From Giardia intestinalis (taxonomy: Eukaryota): a stretch of 64,000 nucleotides of DNA. Made by a program: the position numbers and the translations under genes. Where the stretch lies: assembly GCA_000002435.2 (NCBI GenBank), contig CM018791.1; one strand, 5' to 3'. The notes below the pieces were generated by a model that ran no database searches, was not told the DNA's origin, and saw only the letters and a program-made list of their open reading frames with translations. This document shows positions 29,801 to 33,137 of this stretch, piece after piece (positions within the stretch are counted from its first letter, which is position 1; each line of letters starts with the position of its first letter).

Positions 29801-30373
29801 CTAATTCTCATTGACTATGATGCAAAGGAGCTCGAGAATATGCACGCTTCCTTGCATTTGCCTTATACACATGCACGGTCTCTGCGACGGCAACCCTTGC
29901 TGCCCAGTACTCTCGCAGAAATAGTGTTTAACAGCGCACAGCTCATCAAGAGCAACATTTACGAAGGCGTCACTCAGAGCAATACGCTTAGGCGCTTGGT
30001 TGAGAGTCAAACATTCGCGCGAAATGTGGACACGATTCTGGTATGCGTCATGCTGATAGCATTTCGTGTTAGCAAGTTCCGGAGACTTTGGCATCTTGGC
30101 AGAGAAATACAGGTGTGCATGGAAAGGATGGGGTCTAGCCTTATCCTAGCGCTCAACAGTAATGCCATCAAACCAGTGGCAGAGAGCACAACAATCATGT
30201 GGGCTATAGCCTCTATGTATCTGCAGCAAACTTACCCAGAGGCTTGTCTCACCGTCATGCATACTTGCGTAAAAGTCACAATAAAAGTCACAATAGCAGA
30301 TGAGGCATTCGAGGTCCCAAAACAGGAGTTCACAGCGCTCGAGAGTCTGATTTTTCTTCTCCGGTGCATGTAA
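5888..30373 (+). CDS. Giant (~8,160 aa) dynein heavy chain-like protein with degenerate AAA P-loops (pseudo-dynein)
   Basis: A single uninterrupted reading frame of 24.5 kb; that it is coding is essentially certain at this length in a ~48% GC background. The real ATG is at 5888 (the track start at 5864 is TTG). Three groups of motifs resemble dynein heavy chain. First, FSGTPLTRKMYRQ (about aa 4010; cf. the AAA1 TPLTDRCY block), followed by a degenerate stretch where the GPAGTGKT P-loop would be. Second, a stalk CC1-like segment ...LPRLKTAVNAVNKLTKDVVGGIKVLKQPPSSLRRIIDCLAILM (cf. AV..A.NAVKSIKK...L..PPAAVKLV.EAVC.LL). Third, an MTBD/CC2-like segment GKISQLCQSMIEWLNAVVSYYKLACALHP (cf. AAGPLCKWV.A...Y..V) and TWLTNFQTMCGELSSLLIDAVVYSTFVCGGF (cf. 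RW....F..L.GD.LL.AAF..Y.G.F). I found no intact GxxxxGK[ST] Walker A. The family assignment is inference from these motif-level matches only. Confidence 0.55.
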   Translation: MIEGIIAYLQGLVDTDEDKAYLVNYFSANEFQSLLSGATTHTVIKLTNFPGIDLFLQNIKGYQLLLSSYKGDARYLLLLFHSGKVTHFSEFTLSTVHLLLDQLPLSTFQYLDTIARIRFLQQLASSYNVALNIFPSYLTPLFIETFHSTVLLFLRYYPCDPKSISGKAEALQDIGISQLTVEGLEQSMADIRNLVAGTSEAKASSPEPLQVSLGTHREVVLLLSVYLSTALASFHALASEIAYTFSTYSHLPTLTDTLLYLHQMMSRVAYALSFLESPLVLELLQFVQSALEGARLSNPKQRSKTLTDLVTAENNIILHLQSLKTDFISVKALLHRNMRLLDAIVPFISSIHDILCPFTVQLSCELHMIWPKRDTVVSTTYFYELLHQLLNLDYKTILHTTETMYTIANSLDLRRVDGNPLIHDTVEGVQKRRPHDLSLSPQFCLSIIKLFANDMDLCLTNLILLFCNEIIDGSSSKDDMNTLVSALSSLASLTPSNGHRFSASTTLDTDLDLGDQSKEPAESSSGVSRTVEVLQLVLAITKIEHNSMRNFVFMTAEPDLFQSYMQPPLSNNGSHHDGPDSTDSTDSILYGLQMSHVSLPNQSFSASGSASTEAVLGHSQSPLYSTLAGQLAPQGADALHRSDCLAACRAKEPQQLTADEIFDMKVADILEAPIYRLCITEFAPRSIASLYFLIRIAHAAYFSYSRLQLIFVQLYRPASGHKETTFMQAVQPGSLHLEVTSTAAYKANSAVAADICLYTIALRNIVEASGPIEIIKLALLNYHEFEALHPKEGRLFQTIMNSDTSFIHTVISYIVQKYLVDTSPTVGLCALFVDSQAQQLQFCKEMELARSKVLSLDSSLCREKPLQRIPSSCLDKSVEVPNGTHFALLMEQILEMCRAQLIETFKINYTLRLQLSATSALSFVKKVSSYIMFMFKGRARELIQSFYDGVIKVAAETIRQTEAYFHTVLCKFETNTFDEILDNPRRITFLPKWPLFIRGILEAVAIINRFITATDLSMHSEILTNVALRDDKLRYNMNKLALLHSLSSDIGLKALKAWLKDSLEHCHQLKCFVLRLSEQCAPSMLSLYMSDTLFNSLAKALLSRVTVTYEVNAPQHALQFALELELLGRFGILRITEPFMCRFLLKEDFLSLIDVIYTELQNPEDPLETLLVGASFVGESVNTPEHERLSVELLSQSFSGPTDSISSSASAGSELRRPLLSKSEPGLDHNLAALHASSQEQARPSNILFAKVFISNYASIVSRVKVLVSLVHEILRTRRRYSNILFANPFLLLFAGSHYILIEKELELFAAKFDWLSTEFQVTAERVYKAVHKLDSFVIALQFIMKGVLRPIFRELRKPAAIQRSGNKQCSLAELETGLMKYALQRNLFVDASVNRLIDAINRCQSIHDEYYPSGKLALHYYSLFVYILGPLRQSQVLDRAGITDSEARTMFSNAQSSLQEVYKQAVVHPTEVLTICRHVQIMLHEELYAVVKTQISQALLYHIEKLSSSLLHVIINPQTGPVILLTLNRTASTFTTSPDYTLLPIIIYTIISSLKVILSSAIHSACSRVRANLSLPGMAGAYKSVESNPLIMRYEPESKNPFDICNIDDDPLVRAVKLEHMSPAPHLRSKSVTPLSRSRELREQLLTSPCPRSLSQSIARRSAMFEELAILSAIQHETDIGDNSISLLQTYTKVDSVIVEQNIDYVELLGVSRDTYELSQALRIYGTFHELLIFVKKLIRSFDAASSSFSVAQKTCQQQLLAGATDATQGNYLEAYHEMIRAASLSNRTIGTLMEAHPLTTFYAKNPVGSVVKIKALHNFQDTGYLFSRLSLLENDLHLTLQAITLLDVLSIELIKLSDAAAGVLDSRDAIQMIKHDLDTKRLSEAHSFRLKLMLFVETLYDVFKRLSPELVLKIEQDVSFDYLSRVLHGIKTFEILNNIVLDFVQVLEHLLEFIPERAYYHERLELLFPLDDMFIGNINLLSVNITKVTNDVRTFIKEKYPKFTESIITQIKYSYGDCQLLRNYLTEASPCSNVFKSFGELWGQRYLVQLKPYLLSNITEFTWGSTNLYRQMSDYNPDVPSCDESTSLFNSSGSECEDNCDIEGNGSRQTLIHGSGNTVDAATSSILPSTKFSSRTTFLDEDSTKLLYKRGRHELSLRKAPQRFRGVSPAQRDPEESYSDTFKHDFEPLDAATDVQPYNFLSINIRCMLADIHNVHTKALSAELIHQFRHALFSCIKPLGEETYYIVSNVFKEALCLPQFTEICVTDTDIASILPSSENPVQGLSRSSLSLLLRNEITHALADRSLGSALGGSSDATASSRPTKPLWVRLVSFHTFPKDDTRFLSSIDYDKYVYCIQLNDSDAIPTNESIQKFLETYVVLRSSPNKKANRIRLNNVTTISESLLLMNSSGESHSSDSNDTDDVVDQEPYTQLYKLAICNDGSACASSEKDAHHKETILQEHGLHTIPTVFGSYSLRGFIIVVWEITQVNTREYRHPPFLSFTMAKKLKERLFESILQSNILILQLNEKLETCTKIATAVKVHGCLEFLSKIPADQYRRIRADISCTKGLLVLFTRFINLILILYSCSWKILTAEVDFSLTTPEGLMAIGEGVSPAYEQLREIGSSIPGKLSNQIASMSALMTAIYSLWTDYSVLKRAVHVLQTTKSRIEGISTYDMTPTVEQDSVFLNDFYIQILTNELLHSNPSLIRNSGERGKFTAGGVEGLDCQLQEKIDGTFRGKVMIGKFLLTYLQLFFSYAMTISLMPFRHEISHRYYEVAGELLSLCCLYRDFFIPPLSTMLSSRVKIDLFTELCTTCLEPADSLEALPLGCYVDTLFTHENIEYIDRYTSEAKETTAVLLDYHALLTEHKAVLSIATSNYWCFFNGFENSVLTPISCLILLREEKVQHLCNLILKVKHRLQSIVTRFNRFRSLLCTSPEYRSLLDVYTRTNLLLKLLSLMKKSGHQIESVLKAALLIRADVPARLSSEQCTRRYAPNYFDIVDERVWDAGHIPLLFNVDQYKAISNTHLQLTAKPRVSAAGHQESDLTVSGSLSVTSIHSGPDASVVTSEYDRHQDMSPSNSLGSELRVAELLAMAKPRAPLDSPFEPNDLKDTQLYSTNIFLNQSNAVRTVPCYIKDPGTNLISIHPLIKSLSTQFTALAPQSASSTEARPFLLQCETSLSGVEENYAFTKHSTIAAPDRPLSNDQFKQYLSAAPETSFPYEEVNNVYVRWPSIFTKVNADLSSSGSGVVSIKYTITELESFISAAEISFAAFFDRWRRFYPPLLSLSDAEMLQLYTYTYDKNVLMDESYYALLTSNNHLYIAPLEFESELTQKHFAYCNKFREKLSMAEFYMLPNHMQAILGKLFPISHMSQSPGNAKGIYRSLTYYSKRTSLQILGFVYGMSRRCILGTFLSDMSVLLFTQKIVCSVDVDDRIDPVSCSELFYTTLMPKCTDDSDFHARPTIPLSTFVVLPYIDQEIKASIKYLCVTYACRYNLVQTDSFINYLTTTISIGQDIKTPDNFISALFNPDPAVFTSFAKRLLVSILDLQPISKLKAFVKEEFLLAIGHLPDCIIIDLILCRYTLLISNYLLSYSISYKEGQADPTKTFIEIVDELHYYSRIFFQHRIPYLRVVIESLLQGAFAIYRNHHGLLDLLLKVAQSVEQAVNDLKITPLSVFIHDRCTLLLATTPDNDLVGDIHDIFLRASSLLHLHMIEQAHAQDTAIHELAWALTVLLGEELAKSTIDSSARCIQIDASLIPDVTSKLPPVQIDFPDTRGLLAGLLFGYIERLPTPLVLKSAPSVEYITKPPRCCSLGGSVIPDQLRSYMTSTDTGPPDFVPDLYREPVANHHLYSYDDPLVQLSTSSLCRLSSFRLLVRVAYALELKEFNLICPHPGLYCSWIVRNTIAEYTLCSVINKVYRWPDLYSTVYTPENVRLSIYFFSLLTGHYLIDNESDLYSTTAAFLQKQVGDLWRSLICGNYIILRQEYMYKLNSLLIGLYTSISEFSGTPLTRKMYRQSNNIGVLNVGQSSRAFIANNINLMVVPFELRRTDVTEFSATCPTVIGPLSRVLVFGTTPLKDTRYADYIIDCLFPPSSGLARSKLVDRYALVDEARKRSTDVTRPSLTEAFNLLPVSIFEYLDKADSEKDQCSPSSKAALDPHTERNMDVTLFTLFALYNCMAVYCKVKPDCSVIDELCTSLAQKIVRVLSVFHRLMATPPDSGLLGAATVLSRPIMELCIAISLNLMRMQCTAEHIEDEALSLLALLTPAGSTSLSKRMLNRLSSDATTLERDEAFLRLLKRLFQNSDAHLTPFGKAVCAHPLAAFLMLTNYADTSLLNDLSLPQAHPCYSIVALTSNPFVQIGYARLLRPYSPQIDRLQHVYSVADVPIVALISKVHRDMCRSPAVKIQDESAPLPPGQLRHALFQKYILCEEIRADGSVDVKVNYLYISLIYRRLLQLAQLTGPPEIVLSGQVVLFILMIYKLARMLSFNFRYILVTNASNSNTLYLMTEIAASVSCEIEAKPYYSPNFYMCKQLKQLSAPTPCPKYEATEQLEQIIHQRYAQESTSNQGGCLSSILSPLASRRAVATPVMSQPEPPRTQLRKSGLQTVHLHNSDLSADTPSSETSSFTDQSQTVAHQLPFDAAGGTRRFKQLVGTRLMSSQPGGFAFSSKTDNSIGAGAERKRSFRSSSASVISGFKSSARSLSRGITNQSVDRSSHSMKRKRSASTGHLSSFAKEVEGDTSLLLKTKDAGLTSWSVQSVCLEFPRRFFTRFAPKILEATNQNAMGSVSFYDTLTGERLSDISEGNHRRSLELTLEDSIANLYTHDPLADSQSAIEKEQNNTFSQHGSHMLVEQSNGAFNLSLLRIESSARRTFASRILTSQNAETDDCPQLLTFTNSAARAYDPISPEEATVLNFIAGRQGPLFMPTKSAGISRVRYIAVGSISSAETIMGWKDFTPQVTDGPYNRIAYPGSSAFSLDIDTLITCLPIVIYTREKAVWPISIQALTIPDALNSLVSLRLFLTDSLHNRIYGEQNIERGLSRAQQEVSRAVTRLANSHHVPIILPPQPGTFIAARGGALQAGNESQTNEGAHKAGSLSMNVYGGSVVTSTAAASHLFHALTCYDTTKNTFPYLFEVYNETVLQHVSDCLWAYLILPLLHEIFIVNNRKKHSNDSSDMRLFQTRHYESFVDYLRLELAEIITHYTNSLSKYHVLHENKSTFILVNLNTIFCLHQSELYELSKITPSTTKHEATQMLRAARSAISSSDERRADILKNVVFSVACSVFRYMCTKAAVSPKTFDKLINYMQIIPSYSINDPLEKVLAEANLATNYSDLPEKSVTKLTYNPINDAFNMRVMAHVNRALRELFLLYRVDPPASTIKQDEAKQLSGAASKEKETRFSPSDDSLDDIHKFEDTDLEVHTKDRRPSYKVDYELKYEVSNFFYGGLYGPYPLINSRFSPELLSFVPYCFQDTLRDGHVTSLPKEALPHAHLLNRMKRAKGSSIFLESYKAPIPQFLSCASVLRSRVLSFVLSTTQASSDPVLLCAGDYEADLLYHCGITSIHPDENIYGSTSHSYLIMSIVDEDILYSIVDLTEHICSHHSYVSLIGLIIVVSQQFVQTARDLQYLYSLAQTLPSMIHPRVLLLVFLPHNFLEATPCLPYRYEALYVHPPTSTQLLTVASYDLIYSIAESDIASRDSRLPLKFLATFEPRLKYASLLTKQLQAVFRDSLLTQKVLAMASKLMLDGTFLNAHSLRVPSCSNLLGDIFLLSVNIVLVMQNYGEIEDASFKEALLAVIYRYVVSPSPRDVLPYYDFDAVPHTLTTMPADFVEYAVRLLQPGRMLLEFLLLGAESLESEYIYTAVLSSLRSTQVAIVTEAQTNELVASNTHLLRVGKRPLVPVYASASATSDLPNYGQALVRGGDLLLCSEAYNASSFAVHLEHFVSTRCVRMIRLYATDSGSYMKSLKYGLHLFMLRQNLHTSQQAVIVDCINDKSAMEIIERAIYLCVYTKSVVADKDKPIKHIVLLLSSQQATPMHTSSGLGESASCIEVLNTSARGEAASNDRDLRNLILALATPYAEIFSALPQRLRTDFIQRTGLHSSRDIHNLLLSVFVLVVTTPATLDFSLSQTNVVPFGLEDYPKALGINTRLSLQLSFNLVDKPTEKLQIRQRASEVSEYTEARLGNNGHAGYFAFLLAGSHDNIALCASILATEFPVMIQWAQTRLGAVFAGRSHGFLLKDHLPVIKVTKGSLEEYLSSLMSTNVIDIATFFYEALRLTGSPQPTAYSIVIFTHFVLQEFKYRLARFVDSLDQICCNLQTAQNLSSASTKELNSVKKQSDIETQQVEEIAKELKQADTDITQMIKRLVYNQRLFKNRQRKIATLTAESNRLQKLISQALPRLKTAVNAVNKLTKDVVGGIKVLKQPPSSLRRIIDCLAILMHAPLSKISHDILQVTLPLVSPDLMDDELALQRIYDRESNKASRPLLFFIGQEVISQVRRRAPVPDDSELDDMQVAINADIAMMENLRLVSYSDYTKQVEDECCRKASDAPQDASSQLRAAKDAFVVKDLGKLLSDVHGASLLGSTFHGSAFKKQMSLELSFAERPDIYIGRKITDPYLTANDLRMNIPKILSNVDMLRSASHIFSFSELGNDILHVLHPFNYEEIYNYVLAHGAFVSDLTRPIELETKGRRSEKKSTYNLYTTYRYSCMVRDQCVISSAPVLVNFHDGTTLEESSASSNAINVTFYAPKDSFDELQYFLQATAFSERICRFDPTVLTDEQIELLEPYLAQPDFNYYSAGKISQLCQSMIEWLNAVVSYYKLACALHPVYQRNEFVRSFINNFTAESDNLAVMIHQDEEAIVAMRNRKKELVKEQDRLGARAKDTLTHERYSQHIKSEMTEKYDTWLTNFQTMCGELSSLLIDAVVYSTFVCGGFTVCSSFKRALQESRASQFCKATVPLSDTEKHLFSQYGNTIVYGDTQHGTETSMTPHAHKKSTINYLLNISNAAQSFVSHYIDSQRHTKARPCDPEQFSLDVADASDDDALDKFSEQVAESDSAAVLAQGLHTDYAISLTTDVLAIAHSTGISLPKTYHIFVEGDMFTSFGLTYGFVTQIRPLTDIFLKQDFYPRVDVTDSSDGYLHTGLLGLILHYPLAFYAMGITKEEILQLSALFTCPLVPLVWDPRGHFEEFLINLKEYSHICSQKIRKLVNSSYLLSPDQLRQIYHRLEEPELVVYDSLPEFLDSLLSDCPSNRAIGHSYSNLTVAYITPDDLLGKTQHSNMTLSSVLSQLVMTSAIRGVRHRVILVLRGHSLHAIRDQALDSFISADASGIFAHYEFSYQLHYQLARSVGLSCKAPCLYRNILTDASADLLEAFLDYVFCFTLYMRADSTVNKEDYIAVLVSAKQNVLLAGQKVESILDNVEVVIRNFANIEHTYNIIQQVLCGHSFTVKLSDGGDIGVDNLTERSLSESGLEVTQISVPLSNRYQETTVTREMLSKLAFLYSLFYDKSTTDLINYQLYKTVSLHIMQDLLAPLNLRTYFLVISLYGAHYQYKSVHPGIINLLIVLLCELDKRTDIFFDPLQSSSGTAHLELRSSGPSMSTSATESVITSSGESSDSEVLADKLYFVTGRLLTMLSSLPLLDALRHEFKLTGTNINFWKWYITYFVGKCSSAQASEGASKGYLDRDKILYPSSYQDVVAKIAVSFGGGAVLRESLADYIDIITFCLFSIGVKNYEEICNQRVSNNNNNNKSQFSPRLNSTQGVFMNWLIHSLDILSRQLTDNGCVKNFLYKRKSPIGLFLNDSYGVGIEATIYREINYFFKRNNMLRLTQKRHASSGSHVTEQAYISIDETNQDPHQCNISTFVLPSSLHIGRTFSLETLVHIWKCLSIYEYRTSVDQSVFDCFVQANEATRRTYSLTEITLLPRSWPAAVRNEIMSRISDYSTGKCMTGKRSAGESSANSESICYRSNGNNLILIDYDAKELENMHASLHLPYTHARSLRRQPLLPSTLAEIVFNSAQLIKSNIYEGVTQSNTLRRLVESQTFARNVDTILVCVMLIAFRVSKFRRLWHLGREIQVCMERMGSSLILALNSNAIKPVAESTTIMWAIASMYLQQTYPEACLTVMHTCVKVTIKVTIADEAFEVPKQEFTALESLIFLLRCM
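29115..29135 (+). repeat. (AAT)4(AAC)2 trinucleotide run encoding NNNNNN inside the giant gene
   Basis: aataataataataacaacaag translates to N6K in frame. Confidence 0.5.
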
Positions 30374-30381
30374 AGTAAAAC
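30374..30381 (+). promoter_or_regulatory. Putative poly(A) signal AGTAAAAC immediately after the giant gene stop
   Basis: catgTAAAGTAAAACaaaaacaattttactg. The AdhE ATG is 47 nt downstream. Confidence 0.45.
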
Positions 30382-30427
30382 AAAAACAATTTTACTGTAG
30401 TTTGAACATTCTTAATTTTAATTCTCG

Positions 30428-33094
30428 ATGTCGTTGTCGGACTTTGACTACGGCCAGGAGCTCGTTGAGACCCCAGAGGAGCTCAACGCCCTCTTTGAGA
30501 AAGTGGAGGAGGCAGCCCATGCGTTCCGCCAGCTTGACCAGGCGCAGGTCGACAAGATCTTCTATGCCGCCGCTTTCGCAGCCTCGAACCAGCGTATCCC
30601 CTTGGCAAAGATGGCCTACGAGGAGACGAATATGGGTGTCGTCGAGGACAAGGTCATTAAGAACATGTTTGGGTCGGAATATGTGTATAACAAGTACAAG
30701 AACATGAAGACCGCTGGGATTATCGAGGAAGACAAGGCGGGCAATACAATTACTGTTGCAGACCCTCTTGGCATCCTCGCTGGTATTGTGCCCACCACAA
30801 ACCCGACGTCCACTGCCATCTTCAAGTGCCTTATAGCGCTCAAGACGAGGAACTGCATCATCTTCTCTCCGCATCACAGGGCCGTCAAGTCAACCATCCA
30901 CGCGGCACGCATTGTCCGTGACGCCGCCGTCAAAGCTGGAGCACCTCCCAATTGCATTGCCTGGATTACGAAGCCTTCCGTTCCCCTTGCGAAGGCTCTC
31001 ATGGGGCACCCCAAGACTAGCTGTGTCCTCGCTACTGGCGGCCCCGGCATGGTCACTTCGGCCTATAGCTCCGGCAACCCCTCCATTGGTGTCGGTCCGG
31101 GTAATGTCCCTGCGCTCATTGACGAGACGTGTGACTACAAGACCGCCGTGAACCAGGTTATCAATAGCAAGTCGTTCGACAATGGCGTCGTCTGCGCTTC
31201 AGAACAAGCCATCGTCTGTGTCACGAAGGAGATCTACGACAAGTGCATCGAGGAGCTCAAGTTCCGCGGCGCCTACGTCATGACGGAGGACGAGAAGCAG
31301 CGTGTCAACAAGCTGATCCTGCCACTGAACGAGGCCACTGGGAAACATCAGCTCAACGCCGACATAGTCGGACGCCCTGCCCGCGACATCGCTGCAAAGG
31401 CAGGCGTCGTCGTTCCTGCGGACTGCAAGTGCCGCTGCATCGTGGGAACCTTCACAGAGGTGCGCCACGACGAGGCGATGTCCTGCGAAAAGCTCTCCCC
31501 AGTTTTGGGTATCTGTTGGGCTGAGACATTCGAGAAGGCCGTCGACATTTGCGGACAGATGATCGATATGGCTGGGGCAGGCCACACAGCTGCGATTCAC
31601 ACAGCGCCCCACAGACGCGACCGCATTGAGTACTTCACGCACCACATCAGGGCTGGCCGCATTGTCGTTAACTCTCCGAGCACGTTTGGAGGTATCGGCG
31701 ATCTCTACAACTTTGCGATCGATCCCACCATGACTATCGGCTGTGGCTCATATGGCAAGAACTCCGTCTCTGAGAACGTCGGGCCGAAGCACCTTCTCAA
31801 CTATAAGAAGGTGGCCATTGTGAGGCGCAATCCGCTCTGGTTCAAGGTTCCGCAGGTGATGCACGTCGGTGAGGGCGCTCTTGCTAAGGCTGCTGCGGAC
31901 CTCATCTCCCGCGGGCTCTCCAGGGCTTATATCATCACTGGAAAGGTCATGCACGATCTTGGGTTCACGGACAAGATCATCAGCCCCCTTACTGCAGGCA
32001 ACGTTACTGTCAAGGTCTTCACAGACGTCCTGCCGGACCCTGACCTTGGGACCTGCTATAGGAGCCTTGCAGAGGTCAGGGATTTCCAACCGGACATGAT
32101 TATCGCTCTTGGCGGTGGCTCTGCGATGGATCTGGCGAAGATGGTTAGGCTTCTGTATGAGCATCCGAAGGTAGACTTTGCCGGGCTTGCGCAGCGCTTC
32201 ATGGACATCCGCAAGCGCATCTACGAGTATCCCGAGTGCCTGGATCTTCGCACAGCGAAAACGTTCAGTGTCGCAATCCCGACGACTTCTGGAACAGGCT
32301 CTGAGGTGACCCCGTTCTCTGTCATCACGGACGAGAAGGAGCACGTCAAGTATCCCCTTGCGGACTACCAGCTCATGACGCACATGGCTGTCATTGATCC
32401 AGAGCTTGTCCTGACCGTTCCTGCATCACTTGCTTCCTGGACGGGCGTCGACGCCCTAACTCACGCTATTGAGTCGTACGTGTCCGTTATGGCGACTGAG
32501 TACACCATGCCCCTCTCTCTCCAAGCAATCAAGACAGTCTTCGAGAACCTCGAGAAATCTGTCGTCAGCAGGTGCCCGACTGCTCGCGGAAATGTGCATC
32601 AGGCTGCGACCATCGCCGGCATTGCGTTTGCCAACGCTTTCCTGGGTATCTGCCACTCCTGCGCCCACAAGCTCGGCCAAAAGTATCACATTCCGCACGG
32701 GCTTGCTAACGCAATAATGCTCCCACACGTCATCAGGTACAACGCAGTCGACGATCCCGTCAAGATCGCCACGTTTCCGCAGTACCTCTACCCTGTTGCT
32801 CTCGAGCGCTACGCTGAGATAGCCGACTACTGCGGGTTCACGAACAAGAATGACGGGAAGAGTGTCAAGGAGAAGACGGAGATCCTCATTAAGAAGATCT
32901 ACGACCTCTATGAGAAGGTAGGGATTGACGCGAAGATCAGTGCGTGCAAGGAGGCTCCTGTTGAGGCAGACTTCTTCGCCGAGGAGAACCTGGACTATCT
33001 CGCATACCACGCCTTTGACGACCAGTGCACCGGTGCCAATCCGCGCTACCCGCTGATCGAGGACTTCAAGGAGCTCTTCCGTGCGGCCTGGTAA
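30428..33094 (+). CDS. adhE: Bifunctional acetaldehyde-CoA/alcohol dehydrogenase (AdhE)
   Basis: 888 aa. The N-terminal aldehyde dehydrogenase domain carries ...ITVADPLGILAGIVPTTNPTSTAIFK... and ...FDNGVVCASEQAIV... The C-terminal half is an iron-containing alcohol dehydrogenase with GGGSAMDLAK, the GxxHxxAHxxG-like block CHSCAHKLGQKYHIPHGLANA, and PRYPLIEDFKELF. ATG at 30428 lies after ttaattttaattctcg. Confidence 0.9.
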   Translation: MSLSDFDYGQELVETPEELNALFEKVEEAAHAFRQLDQAQVDKIFYAAAFAASNQRIPLAKMAYEETNMGVVEDKVIKNMFGSEYVYNKYKNMKTAGIIEEDKAGNTITVADPLGILAGIVPTTNPTSTAIFKCLIALKTRNCIIFSPHHRAVKSTIHAARIVRDAAVKAGAPPNCIAWITKPSVPLAKALMGHPKTSCVLATGGPGMVTSAYSSGNPSIGVGPGNVPALIDETCDYKTAVNQVINSKSFDNGVVCASEQAIVCVTKEIYDKCIEELKFRGAYVMTEDEKQRVNKLILPLNEATGKHQLNADIVGRPARDIAAKAGVVVPADCKCRCIVGTFTEVRHDEAMSCEKLSPVLGICWAETFEKAVDICGQMIDMAGAGHTAAIHTAPHRRDRIEYFTHHIRAGRIVVNSPSTFGGIGDLYNFAIDPTMTIGCGSYGKNSVSENVGPKHLLNYKKVAIVRRNPLWFKVPQVMHVGEGALAKAAADLISRGLSRAYIITGKVMHDLGFTDKIISPLTAGNVTVKVFTDVLPDPDLGTCYRSLAEVRDFQPDMIIALGGGSAMDLAKMVRLLYEHPKVDFAGLAQRFMDIRKRIYEYPECLDLRTAKTFSVAIPTTSGTGSEVTPFSVITDEKEHVKYPLADYQLMTHMAVIDPELVLTVPASLASWTGVDALTHAIESYVSVMATEYTMPLSLQAIKTVFENLEKSVVSRCPTARGNVHQAATIAGIAFANAFLGICHSCAHKLGQKYHIPHGLANAIMLPHVIRYNAVDDPVKIATFPQYLYPVALERYAEIADYCGFTNKNDGKSVKEKTEILIKKIYDLYEKVGIDAKISACKEAPVEADFFAEENLDYLAYHAFDDQCTGANPRYPLIEDFKELFRAAW

Positions 33095-33137
33095 TTAGTA
33101 GGTAAATTGAGTGAGTTTGTCTACCGACCCCGCAAAA

